Positions 36,501-44,750 of a DNA stretch of 50,204 nucleotides are shown in pieces. The notes beneath the pieces were generated by a model. It worked only from the letters and a program-made list of their open reading frames with translations, was not told the DNA's origin and did no database searches. The first letter of the stretch is position 1. Each line of letters begins with the position of its first letter. This DNA is from an uncultured virus (IMG/VR IMGVR_UViG_3300012933_000135) (Duplodnaviria > Heunggongvirae > Uroviricota > Caudoviricetes), in IMG/VR virus record IMGVR_UViG_3300012933_000135, one strand, 5' to 3'. Position numbers and translations under genes: made by a program.

Positions 36501-37538
36501 GGTAATGTATATGTGTGTGCGTTAAATGATAATGGCGAAACTATTGTTACCAAGTTGACCAGCACAGGTACGCTAGTGTGGCAAGTGCTCCAAGTAGATA
36601 GCGACCACTGGGATAATGACCCAACCATGGGTCTTGACTCTAATGGTGATATTATTATTGGAGGGGACTACTACTACAACGATGTAGAAAGCGATTTATG
36701 GTCCTTTATGAAGTTGAGTAAAGTAGACGGTAGTCTAATCTGGGCTCGTAAGTTGGGCAATGCTGAAGATTTCAATATGAACGCATTTAGCGACTATGGG
36801 ACTGACCTTATGAGCGTTGTGGGCGATAACGCATACTTCGCAGGACAAGTGTATGACGCCAATGATGATGATTATGTGGCCATAGCTGCCAAGATTAATA
36901 CTAGTGGCGCAGGCTTGGGCACATACGACCGCTGGATCTACAGTAATGACACTTTAGCATCATGGGTTGACAATACTAGCAATGCCGTAGTAATTGACGC
37001 AAGCTCATCACAAGCTATTGTAGAATCAGACGAAACTGTCTTTACAAAGAACAACGATAATATTAGTGTTACAGCAGATGCGGTCGGTAATGTTAATCCA
37101 TTTACATACGAACTTGGTGGCGACAGCAAGATAGTATTTGCTGACGGCAGTGAATTAAAGTCATCAGGCATTGCTCGTCACGCAGTAGATCACGGTGATA
37201 ACTACATTAGATTATCAGCTGGCATGAATGGTAAGTTTATCTACTTTAACGACAACCCTAACAGTTTTAATTCTACTATTGAAATCCCGCTTAACAGCGA
37301 TGTTGCGTTACCTATCGGGTTTACTGTAACTGTAGTTATAGTTGAATTTGGCGGCATGTCAGTGTTTGTTAACAACAACGGTCAAGGAGATGTGATTATC
37401 TATGGTTCGGGATCAACAGGCAGTAGCGGTTGGTGGGCATTCAGCGATAACGGAGATAACGGCATCTACACTATCATGAAAGTGGATACTAACACTTGGA
37501 TGTTAGCCGGCCCAGATGTAATACAATCAGGACCATAA
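33507..37538 (+). CDS. Large acidic fibre/adhesin-like protein with beta-propeller-type repeats
   Basis: WTFGTDGSLTFPDG fibre motif; repeated K(F/L)-x3-G-x2-xW-x-K propeller blades; C-terminal LPIGFTVTVV...MKVDTNTWMLAG module. Confidence 0.55.
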   Translation: MAKKAFEIQGSDLKLGGVSLQAGTNGVVIPGVTQAANFRVEEVEDTDDQTYQFTPNSEVVVIDAALYATIIADGNVTTFANFEAYTDDDGYIDDLDVLGQGTYTQQQANTAKDNDMYAYVGSASASDRPIVPEDWITIPFRPKMRAGEIENVGGGSGDTGDVTFSNNVVEGYNGGEGLGLSPGPTFTDGSVSAEEGPDLGPQYFKVTGGDTWEHLHFKTTDSEKFDLYIGDDNKYFKLSKDGPAVIGTEASTEPYDRHSWTFGTDGSLTFPDGSVQTSAGSLAPELTKANGNILANTNIELGESVGGRLFIVDSDGGDDVHQYFHTVVGDVDGGLFAGGSNSNGPEYIWAFNSDGTVRWKVGIDDFNGYNVRPRTMVTSGDNLVVGVTFSDNNEDSQIGTITLAQSDGTFVSSSNYTTNTTSWREITDLAIDDTDGHILVGQTYGENVPINDVTPNRQPWGSNDGILTVANSVFATPLLPWGDMIEVQIDPEDANSWTQPSAINRFSNLAVTTVTGTGGPQYYEGGNTDYADGQLQLVVGGTGTTWTLRLDATWVNGTAQTHLLAQNGTYQFTIAPGDYVVSQLTPWTDVGGGIFEASISVEDSLADGTGNINSIIINKSVMAVELYYVPEGQSNGVGPGQIWNYGINFSGQGYASGDVVKVLGSQMGGVDTISLSGTTWTASNNSASFLIADYPGFSVVQNGWRMSGPGINGWATLSEVQNTGATWRFDVPQGIVLEEGQQYSIDNNGNDITLTLGDYGAGPYINFTDGRVSEQVAATTRLIMPTGVDYRGAPSGPAFTNGVEYSTNAGLYTDFANGTSGSLMLTYALWSDTAARDAMLALGTGDVLIVSINSGSEPTSRTFTFTNEWAETFPGIWQIDYTTTVSESSGWPVLSAIIPDGITFTGTWDLRRSLDSQAFIITPSWQHTYGGNGYQIFNSVTYDSFDNSVYAHGSFNNNNTELAVFKFDYATGDITWVKYVEDTEGSGDDASSIIADGTGNVYVCALNDNGETIVTKLTSTGTLVWQVLQVDSDHWDNDPTMGLDSNGDIIIGGDYYYNDVESDLWSFMKLSKVDGSLIWARKLGNAEDFNMNAFSDYGTDLMSVVGDNAYFAGQVYDANDDDYVAIAAKINTSGAGLGTYDRWIYSNDTLASWVDNTSNAVVIDASSSQAIVESDETVFTKNNDNISVTADAVGNVNPFTYELGGDSKIVFADGSELKSSGIARHAVDHGDNYIRLSAGMNGKFIYFNDNPNSFNSTIEIPLNSDVALPIGFTVTVVIVEFGGMSVFVNNNGQGDVIIYGSGSTGSSGWWAFSDNGDNGIYTIMKVDTNTWMLAGPDVIQSGP

Positions 37539-37547
37539 GGATCAAGC

Positions 37548-38945
37548 ATGTCAATCATACAAGGTTTAATAGCAAGTATTAGTTCAAGCAGTGGAGGAAC
37601 ACCTCCTCCACCGCCTCCTACAACATATCCAGCAACACTGGCCACTACTGGCGGCAGTTTATACTTCGATGCCGGAAGTTTAAATTACCTTAACGATCCT
37701 GACGCATCTGCTGATTATCAAGTAGGCACTAGCGACTTTACTATCGAATGGTGGCAGTGGATGCTAGACACTAGTGGAGAATTTACTCGTCCGTTTAGTA
37801 TGGGTACATATCCTAATTGTATAATTGGCATGAGTTATGAAACTGGGTCTTCTTACTTTTGGGCCAATGGCAATGCTATACTTCCGTTCAGCTATACCCG
37901 TGACGACTTGTTGAATACTTGGACACACATTGCTATCAGTCGTGTAAGTGGTACTACTAAGGTATTCTTTAATGGTGTTGAGATGGCAACAACTAGTGCA
38001 GCCTATGATATCCAAACATCTACTGACTTTGCTATTGGTAATGAAGTAACTAGAAGTGCCGGAGCGTCATTTGGTGGATACATTAAAGACTTTAGATTCA
38101 TCAATGGTGCTGGCTTATACGCCGCGGCCTTTACTCCACCAGTAGCTCAACTAACTGTAACAGCAGAAACTGTACTACTACTATCAGTTAATAGTGATAT
38201 TGCCAAGCATACAGATGCTACAGGTAATCACTTATTCAGTTACTCAGGAACCGCTTATGCCGACGTTGGTCCATATGATCTAGCATTATATGTTGACGCT
38301 GGTAACTCATTAAGTTATAGCCTTGCTGATCAATTAGTATGGAATGACTTATCGCCAGCAAGCAATAACTTATCCCTAACCAATGTAAGTTATACTAGTA
38401 ATAACGGCGGTACTTTATTATTTGATGACGGATTTGGAAATACTGGGATGGCCACAAGCCCAGGTTCAATAGCGTCAGCACAAGACGGTATAACACCTAG
38501 AGCCAGTATTAGTTTCTGGGCTAATATTAGCAGTAACAACGATTTCCAACATATTGCTGGTATGAGAGGCGGCGACAAGTTCCATGTAGTAATGCTTAAT
38601 GACAACGCAAATTTAGAATGTCGAGTTGAAACTTTAAGTGCAGGGGGCGGCTTTTATGACAACTATGTGAACATCACTTCACGTCTTGACACTATGACGC
38701 ACTATGCCATGGTAGTTAACGGTACGAGAACAGACACTTATATCAACGGTGCATTGTTTAACACTAATGAAAGTCTCACTGGAACATACACTGGCACATT
38801 AGGACCACTTACTATTGCTCAAGCACCTAGTGGATTTCCGGCGTCTGGTTTATTTATGAGTGAACTACGCTACTATAATCGTGCTCGAAGTCCTAAAGAA
38901 ATTGCCGCAGAGTTTACGGCTACAAGAACTAGATACGGCGTTTAA
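37548..38945 (+). CDS. Concanavalin A-like/LamG lectin-domain protein (two domains)
   Basis: GTSDFTIEWW...WTHIAISRVSGTTKVFFNG...FGGYIKDFRF, and a second domain YVDAGN..SY...WNDLS...ELRYYNRARSPKEI. Confidence 0.8.
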   Translation: MSIIQGLIASISSSSGGTPPPPPPTTYPATLATTGGSLYFDAGSLNYLNDPDASADYQVGTSDFTIEWWQWMLDTSGEFTRPFSMGTYPNCIIGMSYETGSSYFWANGNAILPFSYTRDDLLNTWTHIAISRVSGTTKVFFNGVEMATTSAAYDIQTSTDFAIGNEVTRSAGASFGGYIKDFRFINGAGLYAAAFTPPVAQLTVTAETVLLLSVNSDIAKHTDATGNHLFSYSGTAYADVGPYDLALYVDAGNSLSYSLADQLVWNDLSPASNNLSLTNVSYTSNNGGTLLFDDGFGNTGMATSPGSIASAQDGITPRASISFWANISSNNDFQHIAGMRGGDKFHVVMLNDNANLECRVETLSAGGGFYDNYVNITSRLDTMTHYAMVVNGTRTDTYINGALFNTNESLTGTYTGTLGPLTIAQAPSGFPASGLFMSELRYYNRARSPKEIAAEFTATRTRYGV

Positions 38946-39538
38946 CGAATACCTTGCTCTTTTAACTTAACACAAGTATCGCACTTTAGACAAGGTGCGA
39001 TATTTTTTTCTGTGTACACTGGATGACGACAGCTCCAAAACATATTACGCAGAGTTTCTGGTAAACTATCATATATCTCACGCTTGGTCATGTTAAGCAC
39101 GGGATAAATTTTCTTAACGTCTGTAAATGCTGCCAGAATAGCATCAGCTCGCTTGCGCCTATCTTCAAGTGCTATATTGTAATCATTAGCCTGCATACCC
39201 ATGGCAACTTTTACTATGTTAGAATTGACACTACAGATATATCCAGCAAAGAAGTTAATGCTGTCAGTGTCGTACATAAACTTATTGTTGTAGGGTTGTG
39301 ATCCTATTTCACTTTCGCTGTATAAGAAACTAAATCCTAGTCGTTCAAGTTCTACTAATACTTTTTCTACTACAATTGCCTCAGCTTGATCTCTATTCTC
39401 TATATTACGATTATGTATATGGTGAATATGTAGGTCATAATCTTTATATTCAGGATCTGTAAGTAGCATGTAAATCATGCCCAGACTGTCAAGCCCGCCT
39501 GAGTACATGGCAAGTATTGTGGGTTTTATTTGTTCCAT
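38942..39538 (-). CDS. QueC-like PP-loop ATPase (7-cyano-7-deazaguanine synthase family)
   Basis: MYSGGLDS PP-loop, P+..MTKREI, and C-terminal zinc site WSC-x10-PCLKCDTC. Confidence 0.7.
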   Translation of the reverse strand: MEQIKPTILAMYSGGLDSLGMIYMLLTDPEYKDYDLHIHHIHNRNIENRDQAEAIVVEKVLVELERLGFSFLYSESEIGSQPYNNKFMYDTDSINFFAGYICSVNSNIVKVAMGMQANDYNIALEDRRKRADAILAAFTDVKKIYPVLNMTKREIYDSLPETLRNMFWSCRHPVYTEKNIAPCLKCDTCVKLKEQGIR

Positions 39539-39975
39539 ATGTAAAATGTGTAAACTTCGTTGACAGGGTGTTCTTGTGGAACTGGCGTTAGCTCGTTAGC
39601 TTTAGGGAAATAGACAGCATACTTTGTGGGCCAGTTAGGATTTAGAAAAGCTCGGGCTACAAATCTATCACAATGTTTTAACACTAAGGGCAAAAGTGTT
39701 TTACAGTACTCTTCGCCTAGCGCCAGTGCGCCATCCACAATGATTGTATCCCAATGTTCGTCTAATGTAAACCAGTCCCGGTTTTTAATCTTAGGATTGT
39801 TATACTTGGGCTCTAAATCCCATGCTTCATCTGCTAAGGGTAGAAGTAATTGGGTGCTACCTAATAGCAACACTCTGCCCGTACAGTAGCTTTCAAATAC
39901 TGTATAATCGTTCTCGTTAGGAGCAGCCGGCCATTTTAAATGTGTCCAAAAGTCTTTATCTACGTGTATATTCAT
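39526..39975 (-). CDS. Hypothetical protein, possibly a degenerate class I SAM-methyltransferase fold
   Basis: GRVLLLGST..L, WDLEP, RDWF, WDTIIVDG match the spacing of Rossmann methyltransferase motifs only loosely; overlaps the QueC-like start. Confidence 0.4.
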   Translation of the reverse strand: MNIHVDKDFWTHLKWPAAPNENDYTVFESYCTGRVLLLGSTQLLLPLADEAWDLEPKYNNPKIKNRDWFTLDEHWDTIIVDGALALGEEYCKTLLPLVLKHCDRFVARAFLNPNWPTKYAVYFPKANELTPVPQEHPVNEVYTFYIWNK

Positions 39976-39979
39976 CGGG

Positions 39980-39987
39980 TATTTATA
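39980..39987 (-). promoter_or_regulatory. Late promoter TATAAATA for the inverted cassette
   Basis: Minus strand TATAAATA CCCG ATG. Confidence 0.75.
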
Positions 39988-40058
39988 GCTGATCTAGCAC
40001 TAGCTAAATATAATGTTATAGCCGCTACCTATCATTAAAGTAGCGTATTATGTATTCT

Positions 40059-40066
40059 GATAAATA
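40059..40066 (+). promoter_or_regulatory. Late promoter GATAAATA
   Basis: 20 nt upstream of ATG 40087 (GAGAG RBS). Confidence 0.7.
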
Positions 40067-40086
40067 CTGAATAAAGAGAGATTACT

Positions 40087-40695
40087 ATGCAGGCAAAAGA
40101 CGTTACCGGTATCCACGTAGAGGGCCACATTAAGATATGGGACCCTGTTTCTACCGAAGTGTTTATCGACAAAAGAAACGCAGTTCATTACGAAAATATC
40201 AGTATCGCACTAGCACAGAGTATTGCTAATAGCGGTCAAGGTTTTATTTACGAGATGGGATTCGGCAACGGCGGAACAGCAGTTGACCCAACTGGTATTA
40301 TTACTTACTTAACCCCTAACAGCTCTGGTTCAAATGCTAGTTTGTACAACGAGACTTATTCTAAAGTAGTTGACGATCGTTCTAGTAATAATAGCGATCC
40401 TACACGTAACTATATTGAAACACGACACGTAACAGGTACAAATTACACTGATGTGTTTATCACTTGTTTATTAGATTACGGCGAGCCAAGTGGTCAGTTA
40501 GCATTTGACAATACTACTGACAACGAAAGTGAGTTCGTCTTTGACGAGCTAGGACTAAAAAGCTATAGCTCAACAGGTCAAAGTTTATTGTTAACTCACG
40601 TTATTTTTCACCCTGTACAAAAATCATTAAACAGATTAATCCAAGTTGACTACACAGTACGTATTCAAAGTTTAACTGGTCTAGCAGGAGTATAA
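40087..40695 (+). CDS. Putative baseplate/fibre-attachment structural protein
   Basis: EGHIKIWD...KRNAVH, MGFGNGG, FDELGL, LLTHVIFHPVQKS...YTVRI resemble fibre-anchoring N-terminal domains; first gene of the fibre operon. Confidence 0.5.
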   Translation: MQAKDVTGIHVEGHIKIWDPVSTEVFIDKRNAVHYENISIALAQSIANSGQGFIYEMGFGNGGTAVDPTGIITYLTPNSSGSNASLYNETYSKVVDDRSSNNSDPTRNYIETRHVTGTNYTDVFITCLLDYGEPSGQLAFDNTTDNESEFVFDELGLKSYSSTGQSLLLTHVIFHPVQKSLNRLIQVDYTVRIQSLTGLAGV

Positions 40696-40696
40696 G

Positions 40697-42862
40697 ATGA
40701 GTTATCAAGTTAGATTTAGCGAAGCAAATAACCCACAGAAGAGTACTATTACTGTAGAGGATCAAACCCTTAATACAGAAACAAGTTTAACATTTGTTGG
40801 TAAAAATTATGCAGGTTATGCGCAGTTTGTAGCAGAAAACTTTTTACATTTATTAGAGAATTTTGCTAAGAATATTGCTCCAGCAAATCCTATTCAAGGT
40901 CAGTTATGGTTTGATAACACAGCAGGTGTTAATCAACTTAAAGTATTTGACGGCACTACGTGGACCGCAGCAGGCAGTGTTAAGAAAGCAACCTCAGCTC
41001 CAGTCGTTTCAAATAGTATCAAAGGCGACTTGTGGGTAGACACTGATAATCAACAGTTATACATGTTCTCAGGTTCGAGCTGGGTACTTATTGGACCACA
41101 GTTTAGCGCAGGCCTACAAACAGGGCCAAACGTTGACAATATTGTTGACACTTCAAACGTATCGCATGGTGTTGTATCTCTATACTCAGACGGAACTCGA
41201 GTTGCTATTGTAAGTAACACATCTTTCATTCCTAAAGCATCTATCGAAGGTTTTGGAACTATTGGTAAAGGTATTAACATTACTTCAGTTAATGCAACTG
41301 GCACAATTACTCCTACTAAGTTCTGGGGAACTGCATCTAGAGCAGATGCGCTAGTTGTTAACGATGCTGCTATTCCTTCTACAAGTTTTTTACGCTCTGA
41401 TCAAATTAGTACTACTAACTATGGGTTAAATGTTCGTTCAAATGCTGGTATTGGATTCGGCGGCGACCTAAGTTTTAATATCGGTACAGACACTAACTCA
41501 GCAGTGTTGTATTCAAAAGCATCTAACAGTGTTATTGACTTTAAATTAACATTAGCTAACGGTGATCCTAAAACTGTTATTAGAATTAACAGTACTGAAA
41601 ACGTCACATCAGTTGGTATTAATAAAACTAACCCTACTGAAAGTTTAGACGTTGTTGGCAATATTAAAACTGATACTGGTTTAATAATTACAGGCAACAG
41701 TGACACGAGTATTCTTACAGCAGGCGGCATAGAAGTTGCAGGCATAGCTAAATTTAACAGCACTGCTACACACAACGGTCAGCTAATATTTGAATACTTA
41801 GATTCAAACGGCGCACCTAGAACAGACAATCCTGTACTAGCACCTAGCTCAACAGCAGCTAATGGCAAGTATGACATCGGAACTGCAACTAAACGATTTG
41901 GAACTGTATATGCTACTACATTTGATGGTAACTTTACTGGATCGTTTAGTGGAGCACTATCGGGAAACATCTCAGGATCAGCTGCTAAGTTAGCAAGTCC
42001 TACATTATTCCAACTAGTTGGCGATGTGACTAGTAATGCAATTAGTTTTAACGGTCAAACTACTCAAGGTACTGCAACATTCCAGACAGTAATTGGCCAA
42101 GATATTATCGATGCTAGAGAAGCAGTTGCTTCGTCATACGGTACAGATGAATTCTTAATCTTAAGACAAGGAGTTGGCCTTAAGAAAGTAACTAGATCAG
42201 CAATGTTTGCATCAGCAGCAACTGTTCCAACAGGTGCTATATTTCCGTTTGCTGGCATAACTGTTCCAGCAGGATACTTACTATGTGACGGCAGTGAAGT
42301 TAGACAATCTCAGTACCCTCAGTTGTTTAGTACTATTGGATATGCGTATAAAGATATTAGTTTGCTGTTAGGTGCAAGTACATTTGCACTTCCTGACTTG
42401 CGTGGACGATTCCCGCTAGGTCGCGATAACATGGATAACGGCTTAACAGTTCCGAGTAAAGACAGCAGTCTTATTTTAATTGACGCAGGAGGCGGAGCCG
42501 CAGATCGAGTTACTGATGTAACTGCTGATATTGTAGGTGCATCGTCATCTAGTATTGGTAAAGAAGAACAAAGTTTAGGAATTAACAATATTCCAGATCA
42601 TGCTCATGACTTTAGAGGTACACTACCAAGTGGTGCAACCGGTAATCAGTTCTATGCATTTAGAAACGTTCCGGGTTCTCCACCAGACATCGATGCAGTT
42701 CCAGGTAACGGAGCAACTGCTACCGGTGCTGGACAATACTTAAACAATAGTGGCGGCATCTTAACTGATGACTTATCAGTTAAAGATCTAGGAACTCCAT
42801 TTAATATCATGAATCCGTTCCAAACTATTAACTACATTATCTATACTGGTATTTTATCATGA
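40697..42862 (+). CDS. Tail fibre protein with phage tail collar domain
   Basis: VPTGAIFPFAG...PAGYLLCDG......YPQLFSTIG...FALPDLRGRFPLG, then NIPDHAH and NIMNPFQTINYII. Confidence 0.85.
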   Translation: MSYQVRFSEANNPQKSTITVEDQTLNTETSLTFVGKNYAGYAQFVAENFLHLLENFAKNIAPANPIQGQLWFDNTAGVNQLKVFDGTTWTAAGSVKKATSAPVVSNSIKGDLWVDTDNQQLYMFSGSSWVLIGPQFSAGLQTGPNVDNIVDTSNVSHGVVSLYSDGTRVAIVSNTSFIPKASIEGFGTIGKGINITSVNATGTITPTKFWGTASRADALVVNDAAIPSTSFLRSDQISTTNYGLNVRSNAGIGFGGDLSFNIGTDTNSAVLYSKASNSVIDFKLTLANGDPKTVIRINSTENVTSVGINKTNPTESLDVVGNIKTDTGLIITGNSDTSILTAGGIEVAGIAKFNSTATHNGQLIFEYLDSNGAPRTDNPVLAPSSTAANGKYDIGTATKRFGTVYATTFDGNFTGSFSGALSGNISGSAAKLASPTLFQLVGDVTSNAISFNGQTTQGTATFQTVIGQDIIDAREAVASSYGTDEFLILRQGVGLKKVTRSAMFASAATVPTGAIFPFAGITVPAGYLLCDGSEVRQSQYPQLFSTIGYAYKDISLLLGASTFALPDLRGRFPLGRDNMDNGLTVPSKDSSLILIDAGGGAADRVTDVTADIVGASSSSIGKEEQSLGINNIPDHAHDFRGTLPSGATGNQFYAFRNVPGSPPDIDAVPGNGATATGAGQYLNNSGGILTDDLSVKDLGTPFNIMNPFQTINYIIYTGILS

Positions 42863-44721
42863 GCTACATAATCAATAAAACAGACGGAACCGTACTAACA
42901 GAAATTGTCGACGGCACAATTGATCAAGTAACTACTGATTTAACACTTATTGGAAAAAATTCTAGCAACTACGGAGAGCTTTTTAACGAGAACTTCATCA
43001 AACTGCTAGAAAACTTCTCTAACACTAGCGCACCTACTAATCCAATTACTGGTCAACTATGGTTTGATACTACAGAAAATCGTTTAAAGATATATGACGG
43101 TGCCGGCTTTAGAGTATCTGGCGGTACAGTTGTGTCTAGTACACCTCCTAGCGGACTAGTACAAGGCGACATCTGGATTGACAGCACTAGAAAGCAACTA
43201 TTTTTCTATGACGGCACTCAGTTAACACTAGCAGGCCCTCCGTACACTAGTCAACAAGGCTTAACTGGCATTACTATTGAGTCTATCTTAGATGTAAACC
43301 AATTAAGTCACACAGTTGCATTGCAATATGTTAGTCAGTCTTTAATTGGCGTATGGAGTAAAGACGAGTTTATGCCTGCATCAACTATTGTCGGCTTCTC
43401 AGGTAAAGTTTATAAAGGCTTTACGATGGGAACACTTAGCGGAGCTGAATTTAGAGTAATTGCTAAACAAGCTCGTGAGTTGATTGCAACGGACGGATCT
43501 ATCAAAACAGCAGAGAGCTTCTTATCAAAGACTGAAGATGCTGCTACTACTGGCAAGTTTACAATCTTGAATACTAAACCGTTAGTGCTTGGCCCTGGAC
43601 AGAACTGGGAAGTGCAAGTATTATCGGGTAACATGAACATTGTTTCTAATAATTCCGGTCAAGAATTTTCAATTAAAACAAAAGACGGCGGTAGTCCGGT
43701 TGATGCTATTAAGATTAAAGCAACTACTCAACGAGTAGGTGTATTCGCAGAAGATCCTCAAGCAACATTAGACGTAAACGGTGACGTAATTATCCGTGGG
43801 GACTTAACTGTTGAGGGTAGCACTACAACTATTAATACTACGGTAACAACAGTAGAAGATGCAAACATTGAATTAGGTGTAACAGATGTGCCAAGCGATA
43901 CTACTGCTGACACAGGTGGTATTATCTTAAAAGGTACTACAGATAAAACGATTATCTGGAACAAAGATATCAGTAACGTTGCAAACAGCAACTGGACCTT
44001 CAGTGAAAACGTTAGTTTAGATAGTGGTAAATCTTTTAAAATCAACAATATTTCAGTATTGTCTAGCACAAGTTTAGGAAATACTGTTACAGATGCACCT
44101 GGTTTACGTAGTTTAGGTAACTTATTATCGTTAACAGTTGACAATATCAATGTTAACAGCAATACAATTTCATCACTTGATTTAAACGGAAATATTGTAC
44201 TAAGTCCTAACGGAATCGGTACAGTTGATGTTGATACATCAAGAATTACTAATCTAGCTAACCCAGTTGATCCGACTGATGCAGTAAACTTGCAGTACTT
44301 CCAACAGTATGTTACAGCGTTTCCATTAGGTACATCACTAGATATTACCATGTTATCAGCAGCAACTCCTTTACTTTGGAGTCAAATTGCAACGATTTTA
44401 GAAGATATATATCCTGCATCTGAACACCCAACTAACACTTATTGCAAAGTCTATACAACTCGCCAGACTATTACATACCCTGCAATTAGTATTACTAAAG
44501 GAACGTCGGGTTCTGGAGCTAATATTATTGCTTCGTTTGTGTCTGTTAACAAAGGCGCATTAGAAGAAAACCAAAGTGTAATGCAAGATTTTGCAACAAA
44601 TCCTATCGATGCAGGTGAAGCAACTATTAACTATGTACGTCATGTATATGTGTTTAAGGTGAATTCGAGCTCGGAGTGGGAACATGATACTGATTATGCA
44701 GCAACTGCATTACCAACATAA
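42859..44721 (+). CDS. Tail fibre-like protein, N-terminus paralogous to both neighbours
   Basis: LTLIGKN...YGE..NENFIKLLENF...P.NPITGQLWFD; GDLTVEGSTTTINT..VED..IELG; RITNLANPVDPTDAVN. Confidence 0.7.
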   Translation: MSYIINKTDGTVLTEIVDGTIDQVTTDLTLIGKNSSNYGELFNENFIKLLENFSNTSAPTNPITGQLWFDTTENRLKIYDGAGFRVSGGTVVSSTPPSGLVQGDIWIDSTRKQLFFYDGTQLTLAGPPYTSQQGLTGITIESILDVNQLSHTVALQYVSQSLIGVWSKDEFMPASTIVGFSGKVYKGFTMGTLSGAEFRVIAKQARELIATDGSIKTAESFLSKTEDAATTGKFTILNTKPLVLGPGQNWEVQVLSGNMNIVSNNSGQEFSIKTKDGGSPVDAIKIKATTQRVGVFAEDPQATLDVNGDVIIRGDLTVEGSTTTINTTVTTVEDANIELGVTDVPSDTTADTGGIILKGTTDKTIIWNKDISNVANSNWTFSENVSLDSGKSFKINNISVLSSTSLGNTVTDAPGLRSLGNLLSLTVDNINVNSNTISSLDLNGNIVLSPNGIGTVDVDTSRITNLANPVDPTDAVNLQYFQQYVTAFPLGTSLDITMLSAATPLLWSQIATILEDIYPASEHPTNTYCKVYTTRQTITYPAISITKGTSGSGANIIASFVSVNKGALEENQSVMQDFATNPIDAGEATINYVRHVYVFKVNSSSEWEHDTDYAATALPT

Positions 44722-44722
44722 C

Positions 44723-44730
44723 GATAAATA
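44723..44730 (+). promoter_or_regulatory. Late promoter GATAAATA
   Basis: Intergenic, upstream of GAGG RBS and ATG 44751. Confidence 0.7.
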
Positions 44731-44750
44731 CTAGGAACGAGGAATAAACA

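Noticed and set aside
37600..37620. CCT/CCA/CCG run as a phase-variable repeat
   Set aside because: Mixed codons encoding a poly-Pro linker, not a pure slippage tract.
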